Below, piece after piece: positions 44,161 through 58,000 of a stretch of 64,000 nt of DNA. The translations under genes and the position numbers were made by a program. How positions within the stretch are numbered: position 1 is the first letter of the stretch; every line of letters begins with the position of its first letter. The stretch comes from Azolla caroliniana. Its lineage: Eukaryota > Plantae > Polypodiophyta. The stretch spans positions 11,284,001 through 11,348,000 of the forward strand of contig JBHGNT010000005.1 of the NCBI GenBank assembly GCA_043228905.1, read 5' to 3'. The notes under the pieces were generated by a model, which did no database searches, was not told the DNA's origin, and saw nothing but the letters and a program-made list of their open reading frames with translations.

Positions 44161-46886
44161 GCACCTCATAACAGGCTACGTGAACAGATGGACCGGAATC
44201 GGTATGCCGATCCGGATCCGAACCGGTTCCGAACAGGTGCCGGTTGGCACCGTTTTGTACTCAACACCAGTGACCTATATAAAGGCCCGGTTACAATGTA
44301 AAACTTTGACGGATAATTAATAGAGCTTCTTGTTTTATCTTTAAGTGTTGATTACCGTTCTATACTAATTGTTCTATCATACGCGTGTATCTAGTCTAAT
44401 GCCATACTGCTACGTAACCAATTAAGTCTGATTAATCATTGTGTCTTAAGTTATCTCGCCGTAGTGTTAGGCCATTGTCTGGCCCTAAGGAATAACACAG
44501 GATTTTCGACGTAAACATCATGTGTACTCTCTATCGTTGTGTATGTATGCACATTCACTCTCTATTTCCCATTTCTGTGTTTCATTCTCATTGAAGTGAT
44601 TCATTACTCCGTTGTGGCCAAGTAGTATTCCGCGCTATTTCTCTTCAAACGGGTATCAGAGCGAACAACACAGGAAATGGAATAATCGTTCGACGACATG
44701 TTCAAGCTCACCCGCTCCAACTACTCAGTGTGGAAGTCGAAGATGAGGGATATGCTGGTGGTTAAAGATCTTTGGTTTCCGGTTCAGTTCGGGGACAAGA
44801 GACTGGATAAGATCGACGCCATAGTGTGGGAGGTGATGCACATGAAGATGACGGCATACATCCGGTGTTGCATCGACATGAGCCTATACAATAATTTCAA
44901 TGAAGAGAGCAAGGCTCAGGAACTCTGGGAGAAGATCGGCATCATGGTTCACAACAAGAATGTTCTTAATCGGGTTTCGGTATTTCGGAAGCTAGTGAGG
45001 CTCTAGTACCAGGACGGCTCCAGTATGGCGGAGCACATGAATGCCTTCCAGGGACTGATAAACCAGGCAACCTCATTGGAAGTACCTCTCGCCGATGAGG
45101 TACTCGCATTACTCCTGCTCAGTTCCCTCACAAATAGTTGGGAGACGCTAGTTGTCACGTTGGGCAACGCCAGGCCAGAAGGAAAACAGTTGTCCCTAGC
45201 AAGGGTAAAATCAAGCTTGCTAGATGAAGAAGCTCGCAGGAAGGACCAAGAGTCCGGAACCAATCCGAAGGCCTTGGTCACGGAAGATGACCATCACCGG
45301 GGAAGAGGCTAGTATCCAAGTCCCCAAAACCGGGAAAAATCGGCGATGACGTCGAAGTCAAGGGGAAGGCCTACTTGCTTTTACTATGGGAAGTTGGGGC
45401 ACTTCCAGAAGAACAATCGGTATTTCCGGAAAGAGAAAGGAACCGACAGTGCCAATTCCAAGAAAGGGTCGGATCAGAAAGGAACGTCGGCAATCGCGAC
45501 AAGTGAAGAAGAACTGTTGCTCATTACCGAGGAGAATGAGTTAAACCTTATCAGCGATGAGACAACGTGGGTTGTCGATTTCGGAGCATCGTTCCACCTT
45601 ACACCGGACCGCAGGTGCTTGTCATCCTACATAGCCAGAGATCATGGTTGTGTCCGGATGTGGAATGAAGGTACATGCCGAATTGTTGTCATATGAGATG
45701 TGTTGTTGATGACATCAACCAGAGGCAAGTTGTTGTTGAAGGATGTCTGACATGTCCCGGAGGTTCGACTGAACCTGATATCAGTGGGTCGGCTAAATGG
45801 TGAAAGCTACATGGGTGGCATTCGGAACGGAATCATGAAGTTTAGCAAGGGAAGCTTGATCGTGGCTCGAGCCCGAAAGACCAACACATTGTACTTGATG
45901 CATGCCCGGATATGCCGAGAAAAAGTGAATGTAGCATCCAACACTACCGGTGAGTTGTGGCACAAGAGATTGTGTCATATGAGCCAGAAGGGTATGAGAA
46001 GACTTGCCAAAGAAAACCTCATACCGGAGGTGAAAGACGTGCATCTTCAGAAGTGCACCAATTGCTTAGCCAGCAAGCAAAACCGAACCTCCTTCCGGTC
46101 AAGACTACCGATGAGATGGAATGCACCATTGGAGTTGGTGCATACCGATGTGTGTCAAGTGGACACGAAGTCACATGTCGGATCGCCGTACTTCATGACG
46201 TTCATAGACGACCACAACCAGAAGCTGTGGGTCTCACCATTGAAGACAAAGGAGAAGGTGTTGTCTGTCTACAAGGAGGGCACGCAAGAGTGGAAAGAGA
46301 AACTGGTCGTAAGCTGAAGGAGATAACGGAGGAGAATACCGGGGGCAGTTCGAGGAGTACTGCCGGTCGAAGGGAATCCGGGTCGAATTTACCGTGCCGA
46401 AGACGCCGGAACTAAACGGGCTGAGTGAAAAGATGAACCGGACCATACTAGAGAGAGTCCGGAGCATGTTGGTACATGCAAAGTTACCCAAGACATTTTG
46501 GGCTAAGGCGTTGATGATGGCAACCTATGTGATAAATAGATCACCCTCATCACCCTTGGAAGGAGACTCACCGCAGAAAATATGGACCGGTAAAGATATA
46601 TCTTACTGGCATCTGAAGGTGTTCGGGTGTCTCGCCTATGTGCATGTGGCAAAGGACAAGAGTGCAAAGCTGAATCTGAATTCCCGACCATGCATATTCC
46701 TTGGATATGGCGATTATGAGTTCGGTTACCGGGTGTGTGGCGAAGATACAGAGCTCGAGGTCATTGCCTCCAAGTCTCTGATTGCACCCTTTTCTTCATA
46801 GTGATAGTTGGAGTTTGTGGGCTCCCATGGTTTTTCCCATTCAGGGTTTTCCACGTAAACCTCCTGTGTACTATCTATCGTTGTCT

Positions 46887-49362
46887 AGCTTCCGGCTAGA
46901 TGGGTCCTTGTGTCTTCTGACCGGTCTCTGTCAGTTGACCCAGAGTCAACTATCATCTTCTTCGACTCCCAGTCAGCAATGTTCTTGTCTTCCATGAAGA
47001 CTATGTCACGACTCTGGAAAACATTCTTGTCAACCGAGTCCCACACTCGGTAGCCGAACTCATCATTGCCGTATCCAAGGAGTATGCATGGTCGGGACTT
47101 CAAATCCAACTTTTCTCTCTTGTCCTTTGCAATGTGCACATATGTGAGACAACCGAACACCTTCAGATGCCGATAAGACACATCTTTACCGGTTCATACT
47201 CTCTGTGGTGTGTTTCCATCCAAGGGTGTTGAGGGTGATCTATTTATCACATAGCTCGTTGTCATTAGCGCCTCAACCCAAAACTTCTTGGGTAACTTTG
47301 CATGTGCCAACATGCTCCAAACTCTCTCCATTACAGTTCCGTTCATTCTCTCGGCCAACCCGTTTAGTTCCGATGTCTTCGGCACAATGAATTTGAGCTG
47401 GATTCCTTTCGACCGACATGACTCCTCGAACTACCCCCGGTATTCTCCTCTATTGTCCGCTCGAACCGCCTTCAGATTCCGGCCGGTTTCCCTTTCCACT
47501 CTCACATGGAACTCCTTGAAGATGGATGATACCTGATCCTTCGTCTTCAATGGTGAAACCCACAGCTTACGGTTGTGTTGTCTATGAACATCACAAAGTA
47601 CTGTGATCCGGCATGTGACTTCATGTCCACTTGGCACACATCGGTATGCACAAGTTCCATTGGTGCGTTCCGTCTCATCGATGGTCTTGTCTGAAAAGAG
47701 GTTCGGTTTTGCTTGTCTGCCAAGCAATCGGTGCACTTCTCAAGCTGCATGTCATTCACCTCTGGAATGAGGTTATCTTCGGCAAGTCTTCTCATCCCTT
47801 TCTGGCTCATGTGACACAACCTTTTGTGCCACAACTCATTGGCATTGTCGGATGTGACGTTCCCTTCCTCCTGACGTATCCGGGCATGCATGAGGTACAG
47901 TGTATTGATCTTCCAGGTTCGAATGAACCTCATGTCTCTGTTCTAGATGCTACCTGTGTAGCCTTCATAATCTAACTAACCGGTTGATATCACGTTCAAC
48001 CAAACCATCAGAACGTGTCAAACATCAACAATTTGCACCCGGTTGACATAATCAACCACACATCTCCTATGCCGATAATTTGTCATGCACCTTCATTTAC
48101 CATACAGACACAACCGTGATCTCCGGCTCTATACGATGAGAAGCATTTCAGGTCGGGAGTCAGATGGAATGATGCTCCGGAGTCGACCACTGACGTCGTT
48201 TCATCACTGACAAGATGCAACTCACTCTTCTCGGTGATAAGCAACAACTCTTCTTCACTTGCCATGATTGCGGACGTTCCTCTTCTCTCTGAAATCTTCT
48301 TCGGTTCCAAACCGTCGGTTCCTCCTTTGACTTTTTGGAAGTGTCGGCAATTGTTTTGGAAGTGCACTGACTTTCCGCAATAAAAGCAAGTGAGCCTCCC
48401 CCTTGACTTCGACCTCATCCCCAATTTTTCCCGGTTCTGGGGACTCCGATTCCGGCCTCTTCCCCAGTTATGGTCGTCTTCCGTAACCAAGTCCTTCGGA
48501 TCGGTTCCAGATTCCCGGTCCTTCCAGCGAGCTTCTTCATCTAGTAAGCTTGGTTTTACCCTTGCTAGGGACAACTGTTTTCCTTCCGGCCCGGCGTTGC
48601 CCAAAGTGACAACTAGCGTCTCCCAACTATCCGGGAGGGAACCAACAGTAGCAACATGAGTACCTCGTCGTCAGCTAGGGGTACTTCCAACGAGGTTGTC
48701 TAATTTATCAGCCCTAGGAATGCGTTCATGTGCTTTGCCATGCTGGATCTGTCTTGGTACCGGAGTCTCACTATCTTCTAGAATACCGAAACCCGATTTA
48801 CGACATTCTTAATCTCTAGCATAGTGTTGATTTTCTCCCAGAGCACATGATCCTTACTTTATTCATTGAAGTTGTTGTCCAGGCTCATATCGATGAAGCA
48901 CTGAATGTATGTTGTAGTATTTATGTGCATAACCTCCCAAATCGTGGCATCGTTCTTGTCCCGTTTCTTGTCCCCGAACTGTACCGGCAGCCAGAGATAT
49001 TTAACCCTGAGCATGTCCCTCATCTTTGACTTCCACACTAGGTAGTTGGAGTCGGTGAGCTTGAACATGCTTCCGAATGACTCTTCCATTTGTTGTTCAC
49101 TCTGATACCAGTTTATGCGGAATAGTCCTTGGCAACAGCTGAGTCTTAATCACTCAATATTATGGAAGAAGCAAACACATGAATGAAGATTAATGCACTC
49201 ACACAGAATAGGACGGCACCAGATGTTTAACCCTAATAGGGAAAAACCACGAGACTCCGCAGACTCCAACTATCACTATGAGAAGAAAAGGTTACAACGT
49301 GAGACTCAGAGGCAACGACCTTGAACATTATGTCTTCACCAACCAGCGATTACAACAGAAAA
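46887..49362 (-). mobile_element. Degenerate copia 5' half (LTR fragment, PBS 49099-49110, gag-PR-INT)
   Basis: MEESFGSMFKLTDSNY; CFYCGKSVH; VVDSGAS; DNRGEY. Confidence 0.82.
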
Positions 49363-52300
49363 ATATTGGCTCGTCCGGATCCCATCCGGAGGTACTTGTT
49401 TCCCAACAGCGACACCATACTCCTCATTCTTTCCACGATAGTTCAATTCATCCTCTCCGCAATCCCATTTAGCTCAGGGGTTATAGGCATTGTATATTGG
49501 AGTTGAATACCTTGGGACTTGCAATACTCTTCGAACTGTCCTCTGTACTTGCCACCATTGTCGGTTTGGACAACCTTCAGTTTTAAACCTGACCCTCTTT
49601 CAGCTCTAGCTTGGAACTCTTTGAATAAGGATATTACTTGATCCTTCGATGTTAGTATGAAAGCCCACAACTTTAGACTATAGTCGTCAATGAACGTTAC
49701 GAAGTACTATCCGCCACGATGTCATGGAGCATCCACATAACACACGTCTATGTGTACTAGCTCCAGTGCATCTTCTCTTCTCTTTGGTGGCCTCAAGTGG
49801 AACACAACTATTTTGCTTCTCCTACAAGTAAAAGGAGTACATCTCTCCAAATGCACTCTGTTTAGTTCTAGGAGGATTTTCTGGTTAGCTAGAATATGCA
49901 TCCCTCTCTTGCTCATGTAGCCAAGTCTCTTGTGACATATCCCTCCACTCGAGTCAGCTGCCACGTTTGCTTTGTCCTTGCACAGTTTGGCATGCATCAC
50001 TATGAGACTTCTGTGTTTCTGTGGTCGGGCCAATGTGAAACTTTCTTTTACAGAACTTCCACATGCCATTTTGAAAGCTACCATTGTAGCTTTCGTCGGC
50101 TAATCTTCCATTCAATACCAGATTCATCCTTATATGTGACACATGTTGAACATCCTTTTGGCTCATCCTACAACCAGTTGAAGTTGTCAAGCATACACTT
50201 CCAATGCTAACTATCTTGTGTAAAGGATTACTTGCGGAAGCGTTAGAAAACAGAGAAGGTAGGGAATACAGAGAGTACAAGGGAGAGACAGAGAGAGCAG
50301 AACGTAAAAGCTATATTCAAAACGATATAATCACTCTGTACATACAACTATCCTCAGTAGCACTATTTATACAAGTCCTCATGGGACTGACAGAAGTACC
50401 GCGTACTTCAATGCTCACACGAGCATCTGACACTTACTACGAGACTATAATTGCCTAGTAGTCTACACTAATACTAGACTTCCGGTTACTGATTGGATCC
50501 GGCTAACCGGCTCCCCAGCTCACCGGCTCTGTTGCTGGCCGGCTCGGTTGCTCACAGCTTACCGATCCGTCTCACTTTCCGGTTCAGTGTTATTCAGCCG
50601 ATCCGGCTCCAACTAAGCTTGCCGCTCATCACTCCCCCTCAAGCTCAACTTGAGGTTGGATCTTAGTGTCAGTCTTTGTGGCAGCCAGTTCTTCCAACCG
50701 ACTTCTCCGTACGTCGCTCCGCCTTGCTCGCACTCCTCGTCCGGTTCGGTTTTGTTTGCCGCGACCCCTCTTGTTCTGCGTGCCTCGACCTTCTCGGTCG
50801 GTATGTCTGCTCATTAGGCCCCTCTCAACTACTTCGCTACTATGACTTCGACGCTTATCGATCCGTCGGTTCCTCCGCGATGGCATCGACTTCTGCTGCA
50901 TCCATGTTTGCTTGGCCTTGAATTGATCCGGTTCTTCCGAATTTGTCTTCTGAACCGAATCGACTGTCTCTGATTCGTTCCAGCTCTTGTCTGAATCGGC
51001 TGCTCCCGATTCGTCTTCTGGTTCCAAGCCCTTCACCACATCGGACCATGTCCGGGTCTTGGCCTTCTTCCTTCGGTCGGCTCTGTCCTTCTTGACTCTG
51101 CCGCTTCCTGTCCTTCCCTCACCGGCGTAGTCGTCATTCTCTTTGCCTTTGCCCGTTCCGGTGTCTTTGCCCGTTCCCCCCCTCAAGTGTGGCACGTCGA
51201 GATGCAAAACACCAAGCATTTCGGTGAACTGCTGCAACTTGTCCGATCCGAGCGGTTTGGTGAAGATGCCGGCAACTTGCCAATCCGTGTGAACATAGTG
51301 AAGTTCGACCTCACCACTCAGGACACGCTCACGCACAAAGTGATAGTGCACTTCGATGTGGTTTGTGCGAGCATGGAATACGGGGTTCTTGGCGAGTTGC
51401 ATGTTGCTAATGTTGTCACAGTAGACCAGAATCGGGGTCGGGACCTCGATCCGTAGGTCTTCTAGTAGCCACCGAAGCCAAATGGCTTCACAGGTGGCAA
51501 GGGTAGCGCCATGATAACCAGCCTCAGTGCTCGACAGAGCAACTGTTGGTTGCTTTTTGTTGCTCTACGCAACATCCACGCTACCTAGGGAAAACATGTA
51601 AACTGAGGTTGATCGGTGATCTGATGCATCGTCGTCCTAGTTGGCATTCATGTAACTGACGAGCTCTTTGGGTATACCGCGCCGGTATAACAGTCCCCGG
51701 TCCTTCGTGCCGCTGACATACCGCAATATCCTTTGCGCGCACTGAAGGTGCTCCACGGTCGGCTTCTGCATGAACTAATTTATCATTCCAACCGGATAGC
51801 TAATATCGGGTCGCGTGATAGTCAAGTAAATAAGGCTTCCGACAATTTGTCGGAACCGTTGCTCGTTGCAGGCCGGTCCGGAGTTGGAAAGAAGCTTCTG
51901 GTTCCGGTCCAAGGGTGTGGATACAGGTCGGCATTTTGTCATGCCGAACTTGTACAGCATATTCAAGACGTAATGTCGTTGTGAGAGAAATATGCCGTCT
52001 GGGGTTTGGATCACCTCGATCCCTAGAAAATAATGAAGGTCCCCCAAATCCTTCATCTCAAATGCGTCCGACAACTGGGACTTGACGCGGTTGATTTCTG
52101 GAACACCCGGTCCGATGATGACTAGATCATCAACATACAGCAGTATACATACCGAACCGGTTGAGCCTTGCCGGATGAACAATGAAGAGTCCGATTTGGA
52201 AGCCACAAACCCCATCTTACGCAACCGGTGCGTGATCTTCACATTCCAAGCTCGAGGGGCTTACTTCAAGACGTACAACGACTTCTTCAGCCGGCATACC

Positions 52301-54651
52301 ACCAACTTGTTCATCTCCGATTGAAAACCGGGAGGCTGAGTCATAAAGACTTCTTCTTCAAGATCACCTTGAAGAAATGCATTCTTCACATCCATCTAAT
52401 GGAGATGCCACCCCCTTGCCGCAGCAACCGCCAACACCACTCTAACCATCGTCATCTTCGCTACAGGAGCGAAGGTCTCGTCGTAGTCGATTCCGTGGGT
52501 TTGCGCGTATCCCTTCGCCACTAACCGGGCTTTATACTGGTTAACAGAACCGTCAGCATTGTACTTTACCTTGTATATCCACTTACATCCGATCGGTTTA
52601 CAGTGATGAGGAGGGTCAACCAGGTCCCATGTCTTGTTGACATGAAGTGCCCGCATTTCTTCCTCCATAGCGGCACGCCAATTTGCGTCCTTGGCCGCTT
52701 CTGGGTAGCTCTCTAGCTCACGCAGTTCCGCCACCTTAGTCATGTATGCATAGTGATGCACCATGTACTCATTGTACCCATACTGCTTGACGAGATCGTT
52801 CTGGCAGGTGGACCGGCGTAACTCACCGTTACCCGGTTTGAGGCCCTTCTTGGCCCGTTCGGTCTTCGTTGCCGAAGATCCTCCTTTCTCCTTGCTGGAG
52901 TGGGATGCACACTGCTCCGACTCATCATTGCCGGTTTCGAATTCCCTAAACCGAAAACTGAAAACAACTTGTTTTGTTTGCAGGTCTTGAAGCCTCTGGT
53001 AATTGACGTGGCCTATCCGCTTGTGCCACAGGTCGATGTCTGATTCGACCATCTGTCCTTTTGCAAACAGAGCGGTGCCAACATCATTGGTGTCGAGGAT
53101 AAACATCCTCCCGTCTCTACGCTCTTGCGCAATAATCTGGCCCTCTTCCTCGATGAAGCACCCAAGGTGCGAAAACCACACCTGCATCCCCTAGTCGACG
53201 ATCTGTCCGACTGACACCAGGTTCTTCGTGATTGTCGTAACGTGTAATACATTCATCAGCTTCCCCTTCTGTCTGACATGGCTCAAAGGGACTTCTCCGA
53301 CGTGCACGATTGGGTGAGTGTCGTCTCCGGTTTTGACTACTCCTGGTTGATCCGGTTTCTCCAAAAAGGAGAACCACTCTTTGTGGCTCATCATGTGGTT
53401 TGACGCACCAAAATCAACATACCACGCTTCCTCTGGTTTGGAAGTGGTCTTCTTCATCGAGTTCGTCTCGTGCTTCATTACCAAGGCTGGCCCGTTACCG
53501 TTCTTGGATCCTCCTGATCCCTTCGCGTAGTGTGAGCTTTGTCGGCCATCCTTGCCGGCCTTGCCGGATCCGGATTTGTCCGAATCGGCTCGTTTTCTCC
53601 AGCACTCGCTTTCTCTGTGGCCCTTTTTGCCACAGTACCAGCATTCCATTGCTGACTTCTCTTGTCGTCTTCCAGTGTCGCCATGACTCCCCCTGCCTGT
53701 GGGAGTCCCGGAACTGCTATCGGCACGTTCTCTGTACCTTCGTTCTTGGTCTTGTCGGCCACCTCCATTGCGTGCCGACCCGTCTCGTCCACCACGCCCA
53801 CGGGACCGATCTACCTCCGTGTACAGCATCCGGATGTCAGTGGGTGCGCTAGTTGATGCATTGGCGTGGTTCTCCTCTACAAGGAGCATCGACTGTAAGT
53901 CGAAAAATGACGGTGTATTCTCCCTTGTACACACCGTTGTTTGGAACTGTTGGGATTTCGGTCCCTCCGGATGGGATGTCCGGAGATGAATGCCGGCAAA
54001 CCCGGTTCCGGTTACGGAGCCGGATGATGAAGACCCCGGCTACGGAGCCGGATGATGAATACCCCGGCTACGGAGCCGGATGATGAAGACCCCGGCTACG
54101 GAGCCGGATGATGAATACCCCGGCTACGGAGCCGGATGACGAATGTACCCGGAGAGAGATCCGGATGCGGGGACATATTTGTGAATATGTTTGCCAAGAG
54201 CCCTTGAGGCTATATTGGTAAATAGCCCGAAAGTCATATGTGTATAAATATGACTTAGGGCAAACAGTTTAAACGTTGTTGCTCATTTTTATGGCTTTAG
54301 CTGAGAGAGCGAAGTGAGAGCAGCCGAGAGAGAGAGAGAGAGAGAGAGAAAGGAAGAGGTCGACGCCTCTGTGTAATACCGCCGCCTGTGGCGAAGACAG
54401 TGAGCTCAAGGTTGTTGCCTTGTAGCTTCACCAGTGTACATCCCTGTTCATAGTGATAGTTGGAGTCTGAGGACTCCCGTGGTTTTTCCCATTTAGGGTT
54501 TTCCACGTAAAACACCCTGTGTACTCTTCTCCCTTTTTTTTGTCTTCGTGCATTTTGTATTTCCTGTTTTCTGTGAGTTGATCCTATTCCTCGGCTCTGG
54601 CCGAGCACGGTTTTTTCAACAAAGTGGTATCAGAGCACGGTAACACAGAAA

Positions 54652-55083
54652 ATGGAAGGCGGCGGTAGTGGGCCTCCGGGCATGATGGTGTTGAACTCAC
54701 AGAACTACGCCGACTGGAAGATAAAGATGGAAGACCTTCTCATCGTCCGAGACCTGTATGAACCGATCGACAATGCCGAGATACCCAAGGGGGTAATAGA
54801 GTCGGAGTGGAAGCTCCTGAATCGGAAAGCCGTAGCGACGATCCGGCAATATGTCGATGTAAGCGTCCTACAACATGTGGCGAACGACACCAACGCATAT
54901 GAGATGTGGAAGAAGCTGTCGGGCCTCTACGAGAGGAAGAATGCGTTGAACCGGACCTCCCTGATGAGGAAGATAGTGAACCTCAAGTACCGGGACGGCG
55001 AGAATATGGTGGAACACGTGAGCACGTTCATGGGATCGGCGAGGGCAGGACCGGAAAGGAACGACGGCACTCGCGGCAAGTGA
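54652..55083 (+). pseudogene. Truncated gag (internal deletion and frameshift)
   Basis: Relative to the 24268 copy, ~455 bp are lost at a ggat microhomology (~55033-55036). Confidence 0.88.
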
Positions 55084-55093
55084 AGAAGAGATA

Positions 55094-58000
55094 ATGCTCA
55101 TTACCGAAGAGAGGGAGCTGAACCTTGCCGATGTAGAGATGACCTGGGTGGTCGATTCCGGAGCATCGTTCCACCTGACCCCGGAGAGAAGATACTTCTC
55201 ATCCTACACAGCCGGTGAGCATGGCTGTGTTCGGATGGGAAATGAAGGTACGTGCCGGATTGCCGGCATAGGAGACGTGTGGTTGACAACCCCGACTGGA
55301 TGCAAAATGCTGTTGAAGGATGTCCGACACGTTCTGGAGGTTCGATTGAACCTGATTTCGGCCGGGAGGCTAGACGATGAAGGCTACACAGGTAGCATCC
55401 GGAACGGCGTGATGAAGTTCAGCAAAGGGAGCCTGATAGTGGCTCGGGCCCGGAAGGTCAACACACTGTACCTGATGAATTCCCGGCTATGTCCGGAGGA
55501 GCTGAACGTGGCAGCCGACACTGCCGGTGAGTTGTGGCACAAGAGACTGTGCCACATGAGTGAGAAGGGGATGAAGAGGCTTGCAGAAGACAACCTTATT
55601 CCAGTGCAGCATGTGCACCTGGAGAAGTGCACCGACTGCCTGGCCGGTAAGCAAAACCGGACCTCCTTCCACTCAAGGCCACCGACGAGACGTAGCGCAC
55701 CATTGGAGCCGGTGCACACTGACGTGTGTCAAGTAGAAACGAAGTCACATGGCGGAGCCCAGTACTTCGTTACATTCATTGATGACCACAGCCGGAAGCT
55801 GTGGACGGCACCGTTGAAGACAAAGGACCAAGTGTTGTGCGTCTTCAAAGAACTTCACGCGAGAGTGGAAAGGGAATCCGGCAAGAAGCTGAAAGCGATA
55901 CGAGCGGATAACGGAGGGGAATACCGGGGGCAGTTCCAGGAGTACTGTCGCTCGAAGGGAATCCGGCTCGAGTTTACTGTGCCGAAGACGCCGGAACTGA
56001 ACGGGCTGGCCGAGAGGATGAACCGGACCATAATGGAGAGGGTCCGGAGTATGCTGGCGCATGCGAAATTACCCAAGGGATTTTGGGCTGAGGCAATGTC
56101 GACGGCGACGTATGTGATAAATAGATCACCCTCAGTACCTTTGGACGGAGACACGCCGCAGAAAGTGTGGACCGGTAAGGAAGTGTCCTACCGGCATCTG
56201 AAGGTGTTCGGGTGTCTCGCATACGTGCATGTGGCAAAGGACCGGAGAGGAAAGTTAGATCCAAAGACCCGGCCATGCATATTCCTCGGTTACGGCGATG
56301 ACGAGTTCGGCTACCGAGTATGGGACCCGGTCGACAAGAAGATATTCAGGAGCCGAGATATCATCTTCATGGAGGACAAGACACTCGCCGACTTGGAGTC
56401 GGAGAAGAAGATGAATAGCTCCAAGTCGACCGGTGAGGATAAACTCTACGAGGAGCAGTCCCGACCGGCAAGGGACCGGTTAGCACTCGAGGATCCGGCC
56501 GAAGACGGTGAAGAAACAGAACCGGCCGAAGAAGACGAAAATGATACCGGGACCGGCCCCGATCCCGAAATGGATTCGGATGAAGAAGAATCGGAAGAAC
56601 CGGTTACCGAAGCTCCGGAACGGAGATATCCTCTAAGGGAGAGAAGGGCCCCCCGGAGATTTCCGGAACCAGAGCACGTGCTGCTAACCGACAAGGGGGA
56701 GCCGGAGAGCTTTGAAGAAGCAAAGCATGACACCCAGAGCCGCAGGTGGTTGAGTGCCATGCAGGACGAGATGGATTCCCTGCATGAGAACCACACATAT
56801 GAACTTGTGGAGCTGCCGAAAGGAAAACGGGCACTCCGTAACAAGTGGGTGTTCAAGCTGAAACCGGGAGATGCCGGAAACCCTCCGAGATACAAAGCCA
56901 GGATCGTGGTGAAGGGGTTTCAGCAGAAGAAGGGCGTCGACTTCGACGAGATATTTGCCCCGGTAGTGAAGATGACCTCCATCCGGACGGTGCTGAGCAT
57001 AGCGGCAAGCATGGACCTCGAAGTAGAACAGATGGACGTGAAGACGGCATTCCTTCACGGTGACCTCGAAGAAGAAATCTACATGCAGCAACCGGAAGGA
57101 TTCGAGAAGAAAGGGAAGGAGCACCTGGTATGCCGGTTGAAGAAGAGCCTTTACGGACTGAAGCAGGCTCCCCGGCAATGGTACCGGAAGTTCGACTCCT
57201 TCATGACCGACGAAGGGTACCACAAAACGCAGTCCGATCACTGCGTGTTTGTGAAGAAGTTCGAAGGAGGAGACTCTCTAATACTCCTCCTGTACGTGGA
57301 TGACATGTTGATCGTCGGACGGGACCAGGGCAAGATACGGATGCTGAAGAAGGCACTTCACCGAACCTTCTCAATGAAGGACCTGGGTCCGGCGAGGCAA
57401 ATACTAGGGATGCACATCATCCGAGACCGGAAGAAGAAGCAGTTGAGGTTGTCACAGGAGAAGTACGTAACAAAGGTGCTTCACCGGTTCAACATGTCGG
57501 AAGCAAGACCGGTCGGATCAACTCTCCCGGCAAACTGCAAGTTGTCCAGCAAGCAAAGCCCCAAGACAAAGGCTGAGAAAGAGGACATGATGAAAGTACC
57601 ATATGCCTCTGCCATCGGAAGCTTGATGTACGCAATGGTGTGTACAAGACCGGACATAGGATATGCAGTCGGAGTGGTGAGCCGGTACATGAGCAATCCC
57701 GGCAAAGAACACTGGAACGCGGTCAAGTGGATACTCCGATACCTGAAGGGCACGGCAAACGTGTGCCTCCGATTCGGCTCCGGTAAGCCCAAACTCGACG
57801 GCTTTACCGATTCGGATATGTCGGCTGATGCAGATACCAGCCGGTCCACATCAGGGTATGTGATGACGTATGCAGGGGGAGCTGTTTCGTGGCAGTCGAG
57901 GCTGCAGAAGACGGTTGCGTTGTCAACCACGGAGGCGGAGTACATGGCGGCTGTTGAAGCCGGCAAGGAAATGATATGGATGAAGGACTTCATTAGAGAG

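Larger units (their letters stand above)
36491..44497 (+). mobile_element. Degenerate Ty3/gypsy element (no chromodomain seen) with an extra 3' ORF
   Basis: LTRs 36491-36932 and partial ~44179-44497 (TGTTA…TAACA). TSD CAGGG/CAGGA. Domain order: gag, PR (IIDGGSNVN), RT (DGFSGYNQI, FLDG), RH (VDAS…EREAL), INT (HCG…GHY, GLDFVGP). Confidence 0.9.
36100..46886 (+). mobile_element. Degenerate copia: 5' LTR split by the gypsy insertion, PBS 44651-44662, gag-PR-INT to ~46735, LTR fragment
   Basis: LTR 36100-36490 continues at 44503-44648. ORFs 44698-46801 carry gag, PR and INT motifs with many stops. Confidence 0.8.
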
